From positions 1 to 61,199 of IMG/VR virus record IMGVR_UViG_3300032233_000543: DNA of 61,199 nt. One strand, 5' to 3'. The notes beneath the pieces were generated by a model. That model was given only the letters and a program-made list of their open reading frames with translations. It was not told where the DNA came from and did no database searches. The position numbers and the translations under genes were made by a program. Of the stretch, positions 26,819 through 37,813 are shown in pieces. This DNA is from a virus. Taxonomy: Duplodnaviria > Caudoviricetes. Within the stretch, counting starts at the first letter, position 1. Each line of letters opens with the position of its first letter.

Positions 26819-29659
26819 GTGACTGACTTTCTCAACTCCGTTTTACCTACGCAGGGCATCTATTGCACTGTTGGTATTCGGTCAGGTGCCGTCAAACAGT
26901 CGTTCCAACAAACGATTGAAGACGTGGAGGCTGTCGGCTCGGGTATGGATTCTCAAGGCGTAGATGCGTACTTCGCACTCGCCACATTCAACGACGACTC
27001 AGGTCGAAAGGTTGATAACGCCGCTTTCCTACGGGCGTTCTTTTTAGACTTAGACTGTGGAACTGGTAAGCCCTACGCTGACCAAGCCGCCGCTGCCCAA
27101 GCACTATCCATATTCATTGCTGATACACAACTCCCAAGCCCAACGCTTGTTAACTCAGGTGGTGGACTCCATGTCTACTGGCCCTTGACTGAAGACGTGC
27201 CTGCATCCGAGTGGGTGCGACACGCGAAATCCCTGAAGCGCTTGTGCGCTCAGAAGAAACTATTTGCTGACCCTGCGGTAACTGCCGATGCCGCGCGTAT
27301 CTTACGCATACCCGGCACACATAACTTTAAAAACGAAACCCCGAGACCTGTACAGATTATTGCAATGGGTACGCCTGTATCCCTTGCTGAGTTTACTGAG
27401 CCATTACCTGCACCGGCAATGGACTTGAGCGCGGCTAAACAGTTTGGTATGGACGAGACGTCCAAAGATCTTGGTGGCGAGTATCCCAAGTGTTCGTTCA
27501 AGCGCATTGCGATACGTAGCGTTAACGGTAACGGTTGCGCACAGATGAAACACGCCATCGAGCAAGCCGCATCTTTAGAAGAACCGTTGTGGAGGGCTGC
27601 GCTGTCTATCGCTGTACGCTGTGAAGATGGTGCTACGGCTATCCATACGATGTCTAAACGGCATCCTGATTACGATGCGGTAGCAACTGAAACTAAAGCG
27701 GCTGAGACTAAAGGCCCATACACCTGCGAGTGGTATCGGGACAACAACCCATCCCTATGCGCAGAATGCCCACAAAAGATTTCTACTCCAATTCTGTTGG
27801 GTAAGTTTGTTGAAGCGGCTGTTGTTGAAGACGACCAGTACATCATTGAAACGCCTGAAGATGAATCGGCACCGGCACTCACAACGTCAATTCCTGCATA
27901 CCCGTACCCATACTTTCGCGGTGCGGCAGGTGGTGTGTTCAAGAAAGAACGTACCCCCGATGGTGAGGAGAAAGACGTTGAAATCTATCCGTACGACCTA
28001 TACCTAACAGAACGGTTCTTTGACTCGGATCAGTACGGCAACGGCGAAGGCGAGATGGTGGGGCTGAACTTGCACATGAAGCAAGACGGTATTCGCAGGT
28101 TCTATGCCCCAGTGACTACACTGTTCACTAAAGACAAAATGCGCGACTTACTGATTAAAAACGGTGTGGTCGCTTACGGAAAACACTTGGACGCAATCAT
28201 GGCATATTTTGCTTCGACATTACGCAAGCTGCAATCGCAGTACGCTGCGAACAAAACACGTAGCCAAATGGGATGGACACCTGACGGGCTTGGCTTCGTC
28301 GTGGGTGAGCTGGAATACACAGCGGCAGGCACTAAGCTAGCGCCCCCTTCTAGTGGCACACGGGCACTAGCGGAACAATTCAAACCAACTGGCACGTTGG
28401 AGGAATGGAAATCAATCGTTAACTTCTACAACCGTCCCGGTCTTGAGACACACGCACTGGCTTTGTTCTTTGGTTTTGGTTCACCCTTATTGAAGTTCAT
28501 TGGCCCCAAGCAGAACGTGAAGGGCGCACAGATTCACCTGAAACACAACGGCTCAGGCTCTGGCAAGTCAACGGCGCAGATGGTGGCTAACTCTATCTTC
28601 GGCAATCCAGACACGTTGCTGATGAAGAAGGAAGACACCTACGCATCAAAGATGCACATGCTTGGCATGATGAACAGCATTGTGTTTACGGTTGACGAAA
28701 TCACCAACGAGAAGCACGAAGTGCTGTCTGACTACGCTTATGGGTTCACCTCAGGGCGAGGCAAGCACCGTATGGAAAATCAGGCTAACAAGTTGCGTAT
28801 CAACAACACAACGTGGTGCAACTTCACACTTACTTCGGGCAATGCGTCAGTTGTGGATATGTTGCAGAGTGTCAAGAGTACGGCAGATGGGGAGCTTCGT
28901 CGGGTTTTGGAGGTTCCGTTCCATGCGTATACCGGCGCGACCAAGGCTGAGATTGACGCTGTGTTCAGTAAGCTTAGCACTAACTACGGAGTGGCGGGAC
29001 CGATCTACATCCAGTACATCATTGACAACCCTGAGAAGGTTCAGACACTGCTGACCAACATGCAAGCCAAGGTGGACAAGGCGTTGGGCTTAGACCAGAC
29101 AGACCGTTTCTATTCTTGCTTATTGACATGCGCGTTCGTTGGCGCTTTGATTGCTCAAAAATTGGGTTTGCTTGACATTGAAATCCCACGCATCTATCAG
29201 TACGCACTGGGTGTAGTGGGTGATGCACGTATCGCAAATCAGTCCAACATCGGCAACTCTCTGACCGTTGCACAAGAGACACTTGGTGCCTTCATCAACG
29301 AGAACGTCAACAATGCGATGGTAGCGGCATATAGCCCCAAGGGTGGTCTGCCCGAAAGACCGGCGCTAATGCCAAAAGGGAAACTGGTTATGCGTTATGA
29401 CCCCGAGACTCGGACCTTGGCTATACCAGTGGCAGAGTTCCGCAAGTTTTTTACAGCGCGTCAAGTGGACGTCAGAGAAAGTCTGGCTAAACTAACCGAG
29501 GCAAAGTATCTAAAGTATGACGGCAAGTCACACCCAACCCGTATCGGCGCAGGTGCTGTGGGCGGTCTTAGCGGTATCGCAGTGCGCTGCTACATCTTTG
29601 ATGGAGACGTAATTGGCATCGACGAAACGGCGTTCACGCAAGGCCAAGACGCAATCTAA
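26819..29659 (+). CDS. Primase-helicase (RepB/AEP-like primase plus DUF927-like helicase)
   Basis: FLDLD, SGGGLHVYW, RILRIPGTHN, Cys cluster, Walker A GSGSGKS and Walker B VDE. Confidence 0.9.
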   Translation: MTDFLNSVLPTQGIYCTVGIRSGAVKQSFQQTIEDVEAVGSGMDSQGVDAYFALATFNDDSGRKVDNAAFLRAFFLDLDCGTGKPYADQAAAAQALSIFIADTQLPSPTLVNSGGGLHVYWPLTEDVPASEWVRHAKSLKRLCAQKKLFADPAVTADAARILRIPGTHNFKNETPRPVQIIAMGTPVSLAEFTEPLPAPAMDLSAAKQFGMDETSKDLGGEYPKCSFKRIAIRSVNGNGCAQMKHAIEQAASLEEPLWRAALSIAVRCEDGATAIHTMSKRHPDYDAVATETKAAETKGPYTCEWYRDNNPSLCAECPQKISTPILLGKFVEAAVVEDDQYIIETPEDESAPALTTSIPAYPYPYFRGAAGGVFKKERTPDGEEKDVEIYPYDLYLTERFFDSDQYGNGEGEMVGLNLHMKQDGIRRFYAPVTTLFTKDKMRDLLIKNGVVAYGKHLDAIMAYFASTLRKLQSQYAANKTRSQMGWTPDGLGFVVGELEYTAAGTKLAPPSSGTRALAEQFKPTGTLEEWKSIVNFYNRPGLETHALALFFGFGSPLLKFIGPKQNVKGAQIHLKHNGSGSGKSTAQMVANSIFGNPDTLLMKKEDTYASKMHMLGMMNSIVFTVDEITNEKHEVLSDYAYGFTSGRGKHRMENQANKLRINNTTWCNFTLTSGNASVVDMLQSVKSTADGELRRVLEVPFHAYTGATKAEIDAVFSKLSTNYGVAGPIYIQYIIDNPEKVQTLLTNMQAKVDKALGLDQTDRFYSCLLTCAFVGALIAQKLGLLDIEIPRIYQYALGVVGDARIANQSNIGNSLTVAQETLGAFINENVNNAMVAAYSPKGGLPERPALMPKGKLVMRYDPETRTLAIPVAEFRKFFTARQVDVRESLAKLTEAKYLKYDGKSHPTRIGAGAVGGLSGIAVRCYIFDGDVIGIDETAFTQGQDAI

Positions 29660-29912
29660 GCCGAAGCCAGTACCTAAGCCTGTACCAAAGCTGGCGGATA
29701 ACCTGAGAGTACTCACCCTTTGCGGGGTGGAGTACTTTATGCAGTGGGAGAAACTGTTGGTTGGCAGTTCGTTCTTCTTGCCGACTACCGCAACGCCCGT
29801 ACAGGTGCGAGCCGCGCTTGCTCCCGCATCTAGATTTCTTAAGTTTAGATTTGAAGTACGCTCCCGCTGTGAATACGGGAGGTATGGCGCTCGAGTCTGG
29901 CGGGTTTACTGA
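29613..29912 (+). CDS. Hypothetical protein, last gene of the plus arm
   Basis: W..L.VGSSFFLP and YGARVWR motifs; converges on the late arm. Confidence 0.65.
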   Translation: MASTKRRSRKAKTQSKPKPVPKPVPKLADNLRVLTLCGVEYFMQWEKLLVGSSFFLPTTATPVQVRAALAPASRFLKFRFEVRSRCEYGRYGARVWRVY

Positions 29913-32900
29913 GCCTTGCGTAGCTCAGTCTTGGCCTCACGCACCCACTGTACGTATTCCAACTCCGCCTGCTTAAGTTCTTTTAGCTCGGCTTCACGAT
30001 CTTCTTTGCTCATGTCCGCAGCGCCTTCAGCGCTGTTAAGCCACTTGCGGTAAGCACGGGTGCGCTCCAGTTGTTCAAGCGTAGAGTTAATTAAACCTTC
30101 CAACTGCAACTCATCTGCATGGGCTTCCGCATACTTCTCAGCGCGGTCTAAGTCAGTCTTCATCAACTCGTTTAGCGTGGTGTTAGCCTTGCCAACTTTT
30201 TCGCGTTCTTCGTAGAACTCAGTCATACGGCGTGTGCCAACTGGGTCGTACATGTAGTTACTAAGCAATGCGTATTTGTGCAGTGGGCGATCAACTCGCG
30301 TTGGGTTTAGCAAGCTGTCCGTAACCATTGTTGTAATGGCGGCAGTCGAGCCAAAGTACCCACGCATAGCGTTGTCAATCATGATTGGGGAAACTTCAAC
30401 ACCAATCTGATCGCGGCTGAACTTAGAAATAGCTTTTGCCAACTCAGAAGTTTGCTCAGTCATACGCATGCTTGGGTCCATAGCCCTGTGGTGGTAGCCT
30501 TCCAAGTCCCTGCCAGTCAAGAATGACTTGTTAGCCCATGCTTCCAGCACTGGTTTGATAGCCTGCGGCACTGGCACTGCACGGCCTAGATACTGTTCGT
30601 ACATGTATGCAAGCGTCGTACGCATCGCTTCAAATGCAGTTTGTTCTTCTGGTGTACCTTGGCGCTTCATGTACTCCACAATGCGTTCGGGGATAACTTT
30701 GAAGATTGCGCCCAGTTCCCCCGGCACAGGAAGCTTGTAGCCACCCGGGAGAATCCAGTTGCTGTCCCGTGTACGCAAGTCCATCTCTTTGTAGTCTTCG
30801 TCCTCATCGTCCATACCTAACGCATACAGAGAACTGAGCATCATGACTGTTGAAGCACGGCTCCAGAACAGTTGGCGAGCTTGCGCACGATCAACAGAAG
30901 AACTTGAGTCCTTGCCAGATGCCGCACGGTACAGCACATCCATACCTTGAATGTAAGCGTTGAAGAACGGGATGGTTGTAACCATTGCACCTACGAAATC
31001 ATTTGCCCCACGGCGGCGGAAGTTAATGAACTCACGGGCACGGGTCTGCGCCAACAATTCATTGCCTTGGGTTTCTTTTAGGGTCTGGTCGTAGATAGCC
31101 TTACGAACTGCCAAGTCAGAAGCGCGTGTAATGCCATCTAAACGGTGTACCAACTCCTCAAACTTACCGCGTTTTTTATAACCAAGATCTTTCAGTAAAG
31201 ACGACGCAGGTTTTCCGGCTTCAAAGTCGTACTCACCGGTCAAACCAAGACGGCCAAAGTCCTTGACTATTGGATGCTGGATACCCCGCAGTTCTGCCAA
31301 TGCCAACTTGGGGAAGTTAGTCAAAGACATCCAGATCAAAGCGCCGGGGTTACGCACACCCGATGTGAGGATGGCACGTTGAACGTCGTCTGTTACCTGC
31401 TTCAACGCAAATGGTGGCAGGATAGTAACGGTTTTACGTAGCACGTTGGAGAACGCGCCCATTGCACGAAGCCAACCGGCTTTAGGTGGGTTCAAATCTT
31501 TGAATGCTAATACGTCGTATTTGCTTGGCACCGACCAATAGTTCAGTTCGCCATCGACATACCCGCTGACTACGTTGGGATTACCCTGAGAGGTGTTGCC
31601 CAGTTTCTTTGCAAAGCCAAGGTCTTGCAAACTCTTTAGTGTCTGCACGGTGGCATCAGTCTTCATGGTCTGACCGACCATCCAACCTAGTGTGTTTATG
31701 TAGTTATCGAACACATTGCCCACCGGACGTACATCAGAGCCAATCAACTCTGGCAGCTTACCAAGTTGGGAGATACCCTTACCGCTAATTTTCTTAGCCG
31801 ATGAGTACTTGGTTGCAAAGTCTTCAATGCGGTCAAACGGAACGTAGCCAACGACTTCTCGCCATTCTTTGCCCTGCTCTGCGGACAGACGACCAACTTT
31901 GACCAAGTTGTTGACCATTGCAATACGGGCCTCGTCCATGAGCTTGCTCATTTCTTTTAGGTCCGGATCAGCGTTGTATTCCTTCAGTAACTGGTCGATC
32001 TGGGCATCATTCAGATGCAGTCTAAAGTTGGTAAGCCCTGATTTATTGGATGCACGCATTTCATTTAGACGCACACCTTCAAGTACCCGACTGGCAATCT
32101 GTGTGGCACGGTCACGGCTGTAGCCGTTCTTTTCTGCGTACTTGTCAAGCAATGCATAGACTTCTGCGGGTGGGCGTACACCTGTACCAACACCAGACTT
32201 CCACAGCCCCGTAGCAGGTTCTTTGTATAGAGTGCCAGTTTGAAAATACTCCAACAGCATCTTGGTGTAGTCTTGCGCTTGGCGGTACAGACCCATTGGG
32301 TTTAGGTTACCCATAGAGTCGCGCACAGCGCCGTCAAACTTATCACTCAAACGCTTTTCAATAGTTGCAGCAGTGTCGGTAACTTGCGTACGGAACTTAG
32401 TCACGTAGCCAATGTCCGGCTCGCTCTTAGCTTGGTCAACCCACTTAGTTAGCGTAGACTTCGCATCGCGGTCAAGCGGACCCATAGAGTCAATCAGTGC
32501 TTCCGTAGATGGGTTGATTGAAAACTCAGCACGAGTCGATGGTTGAACCACATCGTCTTTACCGGTCAACCACAGCTTAGCGTCGTCAGGACCCATCTTG
32601 TTTAAGAAGTCGGCAACTGTTTTTGCTGGCGGGTATTTACGACCAGTCACGACAGCGACCAGATCGCGCATCATTTGTGCAACTTTGGAGAAGAACTTCT
32701 CAGTAACACTCAATGGCTTTTCGTTGGTAGATGCCCAACGAGATACGTTATCTGCAAACCATTCGTTGAAGCTTGTCCAGTACGGACGCAATTCTGATGC
32801 TGGTTGATTCTCTCGTACCGACAGCATTTGAGTATCCGCAGTTTCGCGGTTGCGCAGCATTTGGATTAGTTCGCGGCCTGTTTTACCTTTAGTTGATGCC

Positions 32901-35900
32901 AGCCACTGTTCGTACTCCGTTTTGATAGCGTCTTTCGTTTCTTGTGGCGCATTGTCATACGCAATGTTTTGAATTGCATGACCAAGCTCGTGCGAAATTA
33001 CTTCCAGAGTTTTGTTCTCTGACATGCCGGGAATAAACGAAATGTAGAAATCACGTCTTTCAGGGCCGTAGGTACGCTTTGACCCTTCTTCACCGGCGTC
33101 CTGACCCGCTGTTTTTACGGATGCGTAGTCTTTATACAGTTTGTATTTCTCAACGGCATTGGGCGCTGCCATATCCTCAGGGTTGACCAAAAATATGCGC
33201 ACATTACCGAGGCCAAGCTCTTGCATCAAACCATGTAGATAGTCAGCATACCGCTGGTCTACAGAGTCAGACTTAGCAACGTTAGTTTTTGCGCCAGTGA
33301 ACGGGCCATCTGGGTTCTTAGCAAACTTTTTACTCTCTGCAAATATTGCTTTGGCGCGTTCGTCGATTAGCTTAGCTTTTTGTTCGTCAGTAAACAACTT
33401 GCCTGTGTATCTTTCGATGTCCACTCTGGTTTTGTCGCCATTTTTAGCCCGTCCTACATACACATATTGACCTAATGTATTGTGTTCACGCACTAAGGCC
33501 GTATCATCATCAGCGTAAATCGTAGTGGACGTGGGGCTGTCGTACTTAGTAGCCCATTTGGGAAGTCCGGTAAAGTCCAACTCAGCTTGGCGTTCATCTT
33601 TGGTGGGCGCTTCTTCTGCAGGGGCTTCCTCAGCTTTGGTTTCTTTGCGCTCAGCGTACTCAATCTCCTCACGCTTGGACATGGGGAACAGCATGCCTTG
33701 TGGTCCGCGTACGATTTCCTTTTCGCCTTCTTCCATACCAAACTCGGATGTACCGACAGGCTCACGCAACTTCTCTGGGATCTCTTTTGCGGCAGGTTTC
33801 TCAGCCTTTGATGCAGGGGCAGGGGTCTCGGCCTTTAACGCAGGCTTCTCAACTTTCTTTTCTAGCGCTTCTAACCGGCGTTTGAAGTCTTCAGCTTCCC
33901 GTTTGCGGGCGGCTTCTTCCTCGGCAGTTTCAGTTTCTACAGCTTCAGGAGTGATAGCAGGAGCCGGTGCTTGAGGCGCTTTGGCAGGGGTAGCTTTAGG
34001 AGTTGGCTTAGCAGCCACCGCTGGTTTCGCAGTAGGTACGGCAGGGGCAACAGGAGCAGCAACAGGAGTAGGAGTAACAGGTGCATTTAGTGAAGGCTGA
34101 GCCGCTCTCGCAGCTGGAGCTCCCGCGCTAATAGGCTGTCCAGTAGGTGCCAGTCCGAGTCCGTCAGGTGTTGCAAGTGCTCCGGTGGCGGTGGGTACTC
34201 CGGGTCTGGGTTGTAGAAGTTCGGGGCTGGTAGGTTCACCAGATACTCCCACGCTTGGCTCACCTCTTCCGGGCTGAGGTCTTGGCTTAGGCAGATTCGT
34301 CTTGGTAGGGGTCGTGACACGGGGTTCCTCCTTAAAACCTTCAGGTACGGGCGCAGTCAAGTATTTCAATATCTGAGCGCGTGAGCCTGTACCCAACAGC
34401 AAGTCTGGGTTATTGCCAACAAGCACTTGGATTTCTGCAGGGGTTTTGCCAAGTACGTTTTGCTCCATCCATCGTTTGGAAGTGCGCATAGGAACGCCAA
34501 TGTCTTCCAAGTCCTGCATGGTAATTTCAGTAGGACGTGCAGGAATAGGCAGGTCGCGTCTAACGTTTCTATCTTCAGGTATGTTACGCAGTGGCAACCG
34601 ATACTGGCCACCCTTGCGTTCTTGTTCTTTTTGAGCGGCATCAGCTGCGGCTTGGGCATCAGTAACTTCTAGTCTACGGCGGGCTTCTTCTTGGCTAAGC
34701 GTCAGGCGTCTGATAGGTTCTGGTATTGCAGTATCCGGACGAACTACGTCAAGTTCGGGGAACAACCCTTGCTGCGCAGGTTCTGCTGCTAAGCCGGGGA
34801 ACATATCCCGAGTTTCTGCATCCACTTGTTTTTCCGCACGGATAGCGGCAACTTCCTGCTCGTGCAGGCCCAAGACCATATTGTTTAATTCTGCAACACG
34901 GGCTTTGACTTCTGGAGTTTGTGGCTGTAGTTTGAGTGCTTCGCGCTCTTTAACAATGTCTGCGTAGTCGCGTTGGAAATCTAAGCCAAGACCAAGTTGT
35001 TCACCTCGGGGCGTTGTGGCCGCAGGCTGGGTAATTGGCGCTTCTTTAGGGGCGGGTACACGCTTACCCATTTCCTCTTCGGTAAACAAGGCACCTTGCG
35101 TACCTGCTGGCGCTTCGGGTGGTAGCTGTGCGCCACGACCGGCAATGCGTTCTTGTTCTGCTCGTGCTTCTGCAGCGTTCTGTTGCTCTAGTTGTACGCG
35201 AGCTCGGCTACGTCCCATAGCCCCACCAGCACCACCAAGTGGCGTACCAATCAAAGTGGCTTGATAGGCAGACTCACCGTATTCTTTAAGCGCTTCTGGT
35301 GACGTTAAGTCTAGCCCGGCTTGGTATCGTTCGACAATCTGTTGGCTAATCTCAACCGGTATTTCAACTAGGCCACGAGCAGCGCCACGCCCTGCGGAGG
35401 CAGCTAACGAACGCTCAGCGGCTTTGACCAACTCGGCTTGTGCTTTGGCAGACTGGATAGCAGCGTCATCCGCAACACCTAAAACACCTTTAACAACTCG
35501 TTTACCTAAAGTGAACGCTGTACCGGCACTTTCTAATGCGGCTTGCGCTGCAGCACCTGTGTATGCTTTTGTGCGGTCAATAGATACATCTTTACCGGCT
35601 TCCATTTGCTCGGCAGCTTGACGCTCAACATTGGACCCCATGAACTGTGGCAGAAGCGTAGCGCCAGCGCCCAGTATTCCACCGCCAATTACGCCCGCAG
35701 GGCCAAGGGGAGCGCCAGCCATTGCACCCAAACGCGCTCCGCCAGCCATAGCTGCTAAATTAGCGGCTTGCCCAGCTAATGCTCGGGAGGCTTGTGATGG
35801 GAGTTCTTTGGCTGCGCCTAGCAGACCTTCTCTTTCGTAAGCTTTCTTTAGGGCTTCAAACGATGCGCCTTCTCCGGCTTCTTTACCAATCTCTTCACTA

Positions 35901-36145
35901 CGGGCAACGCCAGCCTTGGCTGACTCTTCAGGAGTAAAAATACTTCCAAGGCCAGTACGCCCAGAAGATATTACCCGTTTAGCCCCACCAACCAGCTCAC
36001 TGCCAATCGTGGATTGTTTTGTGGTTTGCCCCGATTCAGGGTACTGCGCCATCACTGCATCAGCTACTTCCGCATCAGTTGCCCCGGGTGGGCCTTCAAT
36101 TCGATAGGTTTGTCCGTTGGGGGCCGTGATGCGGTAGATTGGCAT
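29906..36145 (-). CDS. Large ejection/internal virion protein (polyvalent-protein-like)
   Basis: 2079 aa; HExxH (SHELGH) with downstream EWFA; C-terminal IPFFNAYIQG region resembling LPD38; low-complexity linkers. Confidence 0.75.
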   Translation of the reverse strand: MPIYRITAPNGQTYRIEGPPGATDAEVADAVMAQYPESGQTTKQSTIGSELVGGAKRVISSGRTGLGSIFTPEESAKAGVARSEEIGKEAGEGASFEALKKAYEREGLLGAAKELPSQASRALAGQAANLAAMAGGARLGAMAGAPLGPAGVIGGGILGAGATLLPQFMGSNVERQAAEQMEAGKDVSIDRTKAYTGAAAQAALESAGTAFTLGKRVVKGVLGVADDAAIQSAKAQAELVKAAERSLAASAGRGAARGLVEIPVEISQQIVERYQAGLDLTSPEALKEYGESAYQATLIGTPLGGAGGAMGRSRARVQLEQQNAAEARAEQERIAGRGAQLPPEAPAGTQGALFTEEEMGKRVPAPKEAPITQPAATTPRGEQLGLGLDFQRDYADIVKEREALKLQPQTPEVKARVAELNNMVLGLHEQEVAAIRAEKQVDAETRDMFPGLAAEPAQQGLFPELDVVRPDTAIPEPIRRLTLSQEEARRRLEVTDAQAAADAAQKEQERKGGQYRLPLRNIPEDRNVRRDLPIPARPTEITMQDLEDIGVPMRTSKRWMEQNVLGKTPAEIQVLVGNNPDLLLGTGSRAQILKYLTAPVPEGFKEEPRVTTPTKTNLPKPRPQPGRGEPSVGVSGEPTSPELLQPRPGVPTATGALATPDGLGLAPTGQPISAGAPAARAAQPSLNAPVTPTPVAAPVAPAVPTAKPAVAAKPTPKATPAKAPQAPAPAITPEAVETETAEEEAARKREAEDFKRRLEALEKKVEKPALKAETPAPASKAEKPAAKEIPEKLREPVGTSEFGMEEGEKEIVRGPQGMLFPMSKREEIEYAERKETKAEEAPAEEAPTKDERQAELDFTGLPKWATKYDSPTSTTIYADDDTALVREHNTLGQYVYVGRAKNGDKTRVDIERYTGKLFTDEQKAKLIDERAKAIFAESKKFAKNPDGPFTGAKTNVAKSDSVDQRYADYLHGLMQELGLGNVRIFLVNPEDMAAPNAVEKYKLYKDYASVKTAGQDAGEEGSKRTYGPERRDFYISFIPGMSENKTLEVISHELGHAIQNIAYDNAPQETKDAIKTEYEQWLASTKGKTGRELIQMLRNRETADTQMLSVRENQPASELRPYWTSFNEWFADNVSRWASTNEKPLSVTEKFFSKVAQMMRDLVAVVTGRKYPPAKTVADFLNKMGPDDAKLWLTGKDDVVQPSTRAEFSINPSTEALIDSMGPLDRDAKSTLTKWVDQAKSEPDIGYVTKFRTQVTDTAATIEKRLSDKFDGAVRDSMGNLNPMGLYRQAQDYTKMLLEYFQTGTLYKEPATGLWKSGVGTGVRPPAEVYALLDKYAEKNGYSRDRATQIASRVLEGVRLNEMRASNKSGLTNFRLHLNDAQIDQLLKEYNADPDLKEMSKLMDEARIAMVNNLVKVGRLSAEQGKEWREVVGYVPFDRIEDFATKYSSAKKISGKGISQLGKLPELIGSDVRPVGNVFDNYINTLGWMVGQTMKTDATVQTLKSLQDLGFAKKLGNTSQGNPNVVSGYVDGELNYWSVPSKYDVLAFKDLNPPKAGWLRAMGAFSNVLRKTVTILPPFALKQVTDDVQRAILTSGVRNPGALIWMSLTNFPKLALAELRGIQHPIVKDFGRLGLTGEYDFEAGKPASSLLKDLGYKKRGKFEELVHRLDGITRASDLAVRKAIYDQTLKETQGNELLAQTRAREFINFRRRGANDFVGAMVTTIPFFNAYIQGMDVLYRAASGKDSSSSVDRAQARQLFWSRASTVMMLSSLYALGMDDEDEDYKEMDLRTRDSNWILPGGYKLPVPGELGAIFKVIPERIVEYMKRQGTPEEQTAFEAMRTTLAYMYEQYLGRAVPVPQAIKPVLEAWANKSFLTGRDLEGYHHRAMDPSMRMTEQTSELAKAISKFSRDQIGVEVSPIMIDNAMRGYFGSTAAITTMVTDSLLNPTRVDRPLHKYALLSNYMYDPVGTRRMTEFYEEREKVGKANTTLNELMKTDLDRAEKYAEAHADELQLEGLINSTLEQLERTRAYRKWLNSAEGAADMSKEDREAELKELKQAELEYVQWVREAKTELRKAQ

Positions 36146-36154
36146 GATTACTCT

Positions 36155-37804
36155 CTATTTTTCAACTGAGGCTTTCCCCCAGCCGGGTTTGGTTCCGCCG
36201 GGGCTTCCTGCGCCGGGGGCTGCTGCCATTGTACTAATACCAGCCATTTTTGCAATCTCAGCTTCAATAATGGCCAATTCATTTTGCAGGCGTTTTTTGT
36301 CGGAACCGTAAGCGGTTTTAAGCTGATTGGTCTTAGAAGTTTGCAACGCTTTGAGTTCATTCAACTGTTGTTTATCACCAGCACCAGCCCCACGACCGGC
36401 AAGCGCAGCCAAGCGAGCTTTAGCTTCATCTTTACGTTGCTCTGTCAGCTCATCAGTCCGCACCAAGCTAGTCGCGTTGGTGGCTGCAGCGGTGCGACGA
36501 TCATTAACTTCTTTGTATGCGGCCATACCTTGTTTAACCAGCTCTTTGTTACCGTCGATTTTGGCATTCGTAATAACGTCGCGCAGTTGGGCCAATTCTT
36601 TCTGATATGCAAGATCTTGATTCGCATAAGCTTCACGAGTAGCTTGAGCTGCATTACCCATCTGGCCTAACAGTGAACCAAGACCGCCACGAACTGGCCT
36701 GCCAGCAGCAGATAGCGCTTCAACCCAATCCGGCATGCGCTCTCCTTGGGCCCGCTTAATCAGTGCCTCACGCTCATTAGCACGGCGTTCTTTTTCAGCC
36801 AGTAATGCGTCAAGCCCCAGAGTCTTTTTAGTAAAATCAACAGTTTTATCGCGCTCTGCTTCTGGGCTTAACTTAAACTCACCCTTGAGGTAGGCTTCAG
36901 TAAGTCCGCGCAAGCTTTCAGGATCAAGCGCTGCTGCAGCAGGTGCGGTGTTTATACCACTTGGTCTCGGTGCAGACGGCGCTGGGGTTAAGGCTGGGGC
37001 TGGTGCGTTAGCAGTACCGGGTTGACTACGCAAAGTAGCGTCGGCTGCGTTAAGTGCGGCACGATTGGATTGTTGTGGGAATCCATCAACAGGAGCGGAT
37101 CTGCGCGTTTCGGCAGCGGCTTGAAGTGCTTCCCTACGACGCTGTTCTGCGGGGGTAATATTTGAATAGAAAAATTTCTCTAAAAAAGTCCCCATGTTTT
37201 CTTTTGGTTTTACAGGTTCTTGTGTCGCAGCTTTAACATTTGCTTCCATTTGTTGGGGTGTTAAAGGTTCTTGTTGCGTAGGCGCTTCTTTTGCAGCAGC
37301 GATAGCTTGAAGCGCTGCCATACGTCGCTGTTCCGCAGGGGTGGTATTTGAGTAGAAAAATTTCTCCAACAACGAACGCTTGTCTTCGTTTGGATCTTTT
37401 ACTTTACTTTCATCTTCGCCATTAAACGCAATGATGCCACCACCTGCATAGTAACGGCCAAGGTTAGACATGAGCTGGTCAATACTGCCACCACGAGCTG
37501 CCATGACGGGTTCTCCTTGAGCCATTTGTTGAGGGGCTTGAGCCATCTGTGCTTGCTGCTGCATACCACCTAACATTTGACGTAGTTTTTCTACAACAGA
37601 CGGTTGAGCGCCACCTGCTTGCATGGCTTGCTGACTCTGTGCGCTGTTGCGCAACTCAGTAATTTTTTGAAGTGCCAATGCTTCTTCTAAGTCAGCGGGG
37701 ATTTTACCCGGCGGTTGGTTTTGCTGAGCCTTTTGCACGCTTGCTGCCAAAGGTTGGGGATTACCCTTATATGTATCTACAAGTTGGTTTATTCCGCCGT
37801 ACAT
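36155..37804 (-). CDS. Putative ejection/internal virion protein
   Basis: A/Q-rich helical protein; internal repeat LEKFFYSN.TPAEQRR occurs twice. Confidence 0.65.
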   Translation of the reverse strand: MYGGINQLVDTYKGNPQPLAASVQKAQQNQPPGKIPADLEEALALQKITELRNSAQSQQAMQAGGAQPSVVEKLRQMLGGMQQQAQMAQAPQQMAQGEPVMAARGGSIDQLMSNLGRYYAGGGIIAFNGEDESKVKDPNEDKRSLLEKFFYSNTTPAEQRRMAALQAIAAAKEAPTQQEPLTPQQMEANVKAATQEPVKPKENMGTFLEKFFYSNITPAEQRRREALQAAAETRRSAPVDGFPQQSNRAALNAADATLRSQPGTANAPAPALTPAPSAPRPSGINTAPAAAALDPESLRGLTEAYLKGEFKLSPEAERDKTVDFTKKTLGLDALLAEKERRANEREALIKRAQGERMPDWVEALSAAGRPVRGGLGSLLGQMGNAAQATREAYANQDLAYQKELAQLRDVITNAKIDGNKELVKQGMAAYKEVNDRRTAAATNATSLVRTDELTEQRKDEAKARLAALAGRGAGAGDKQQLNELKALQTSKTNQLKTAYGSDKKRLQNELAIIEAEIAKMAGISTMAAAPGAGSPGGTKPGWGKASVEK

Positions 37805-37813
37805 ATTAATTCC

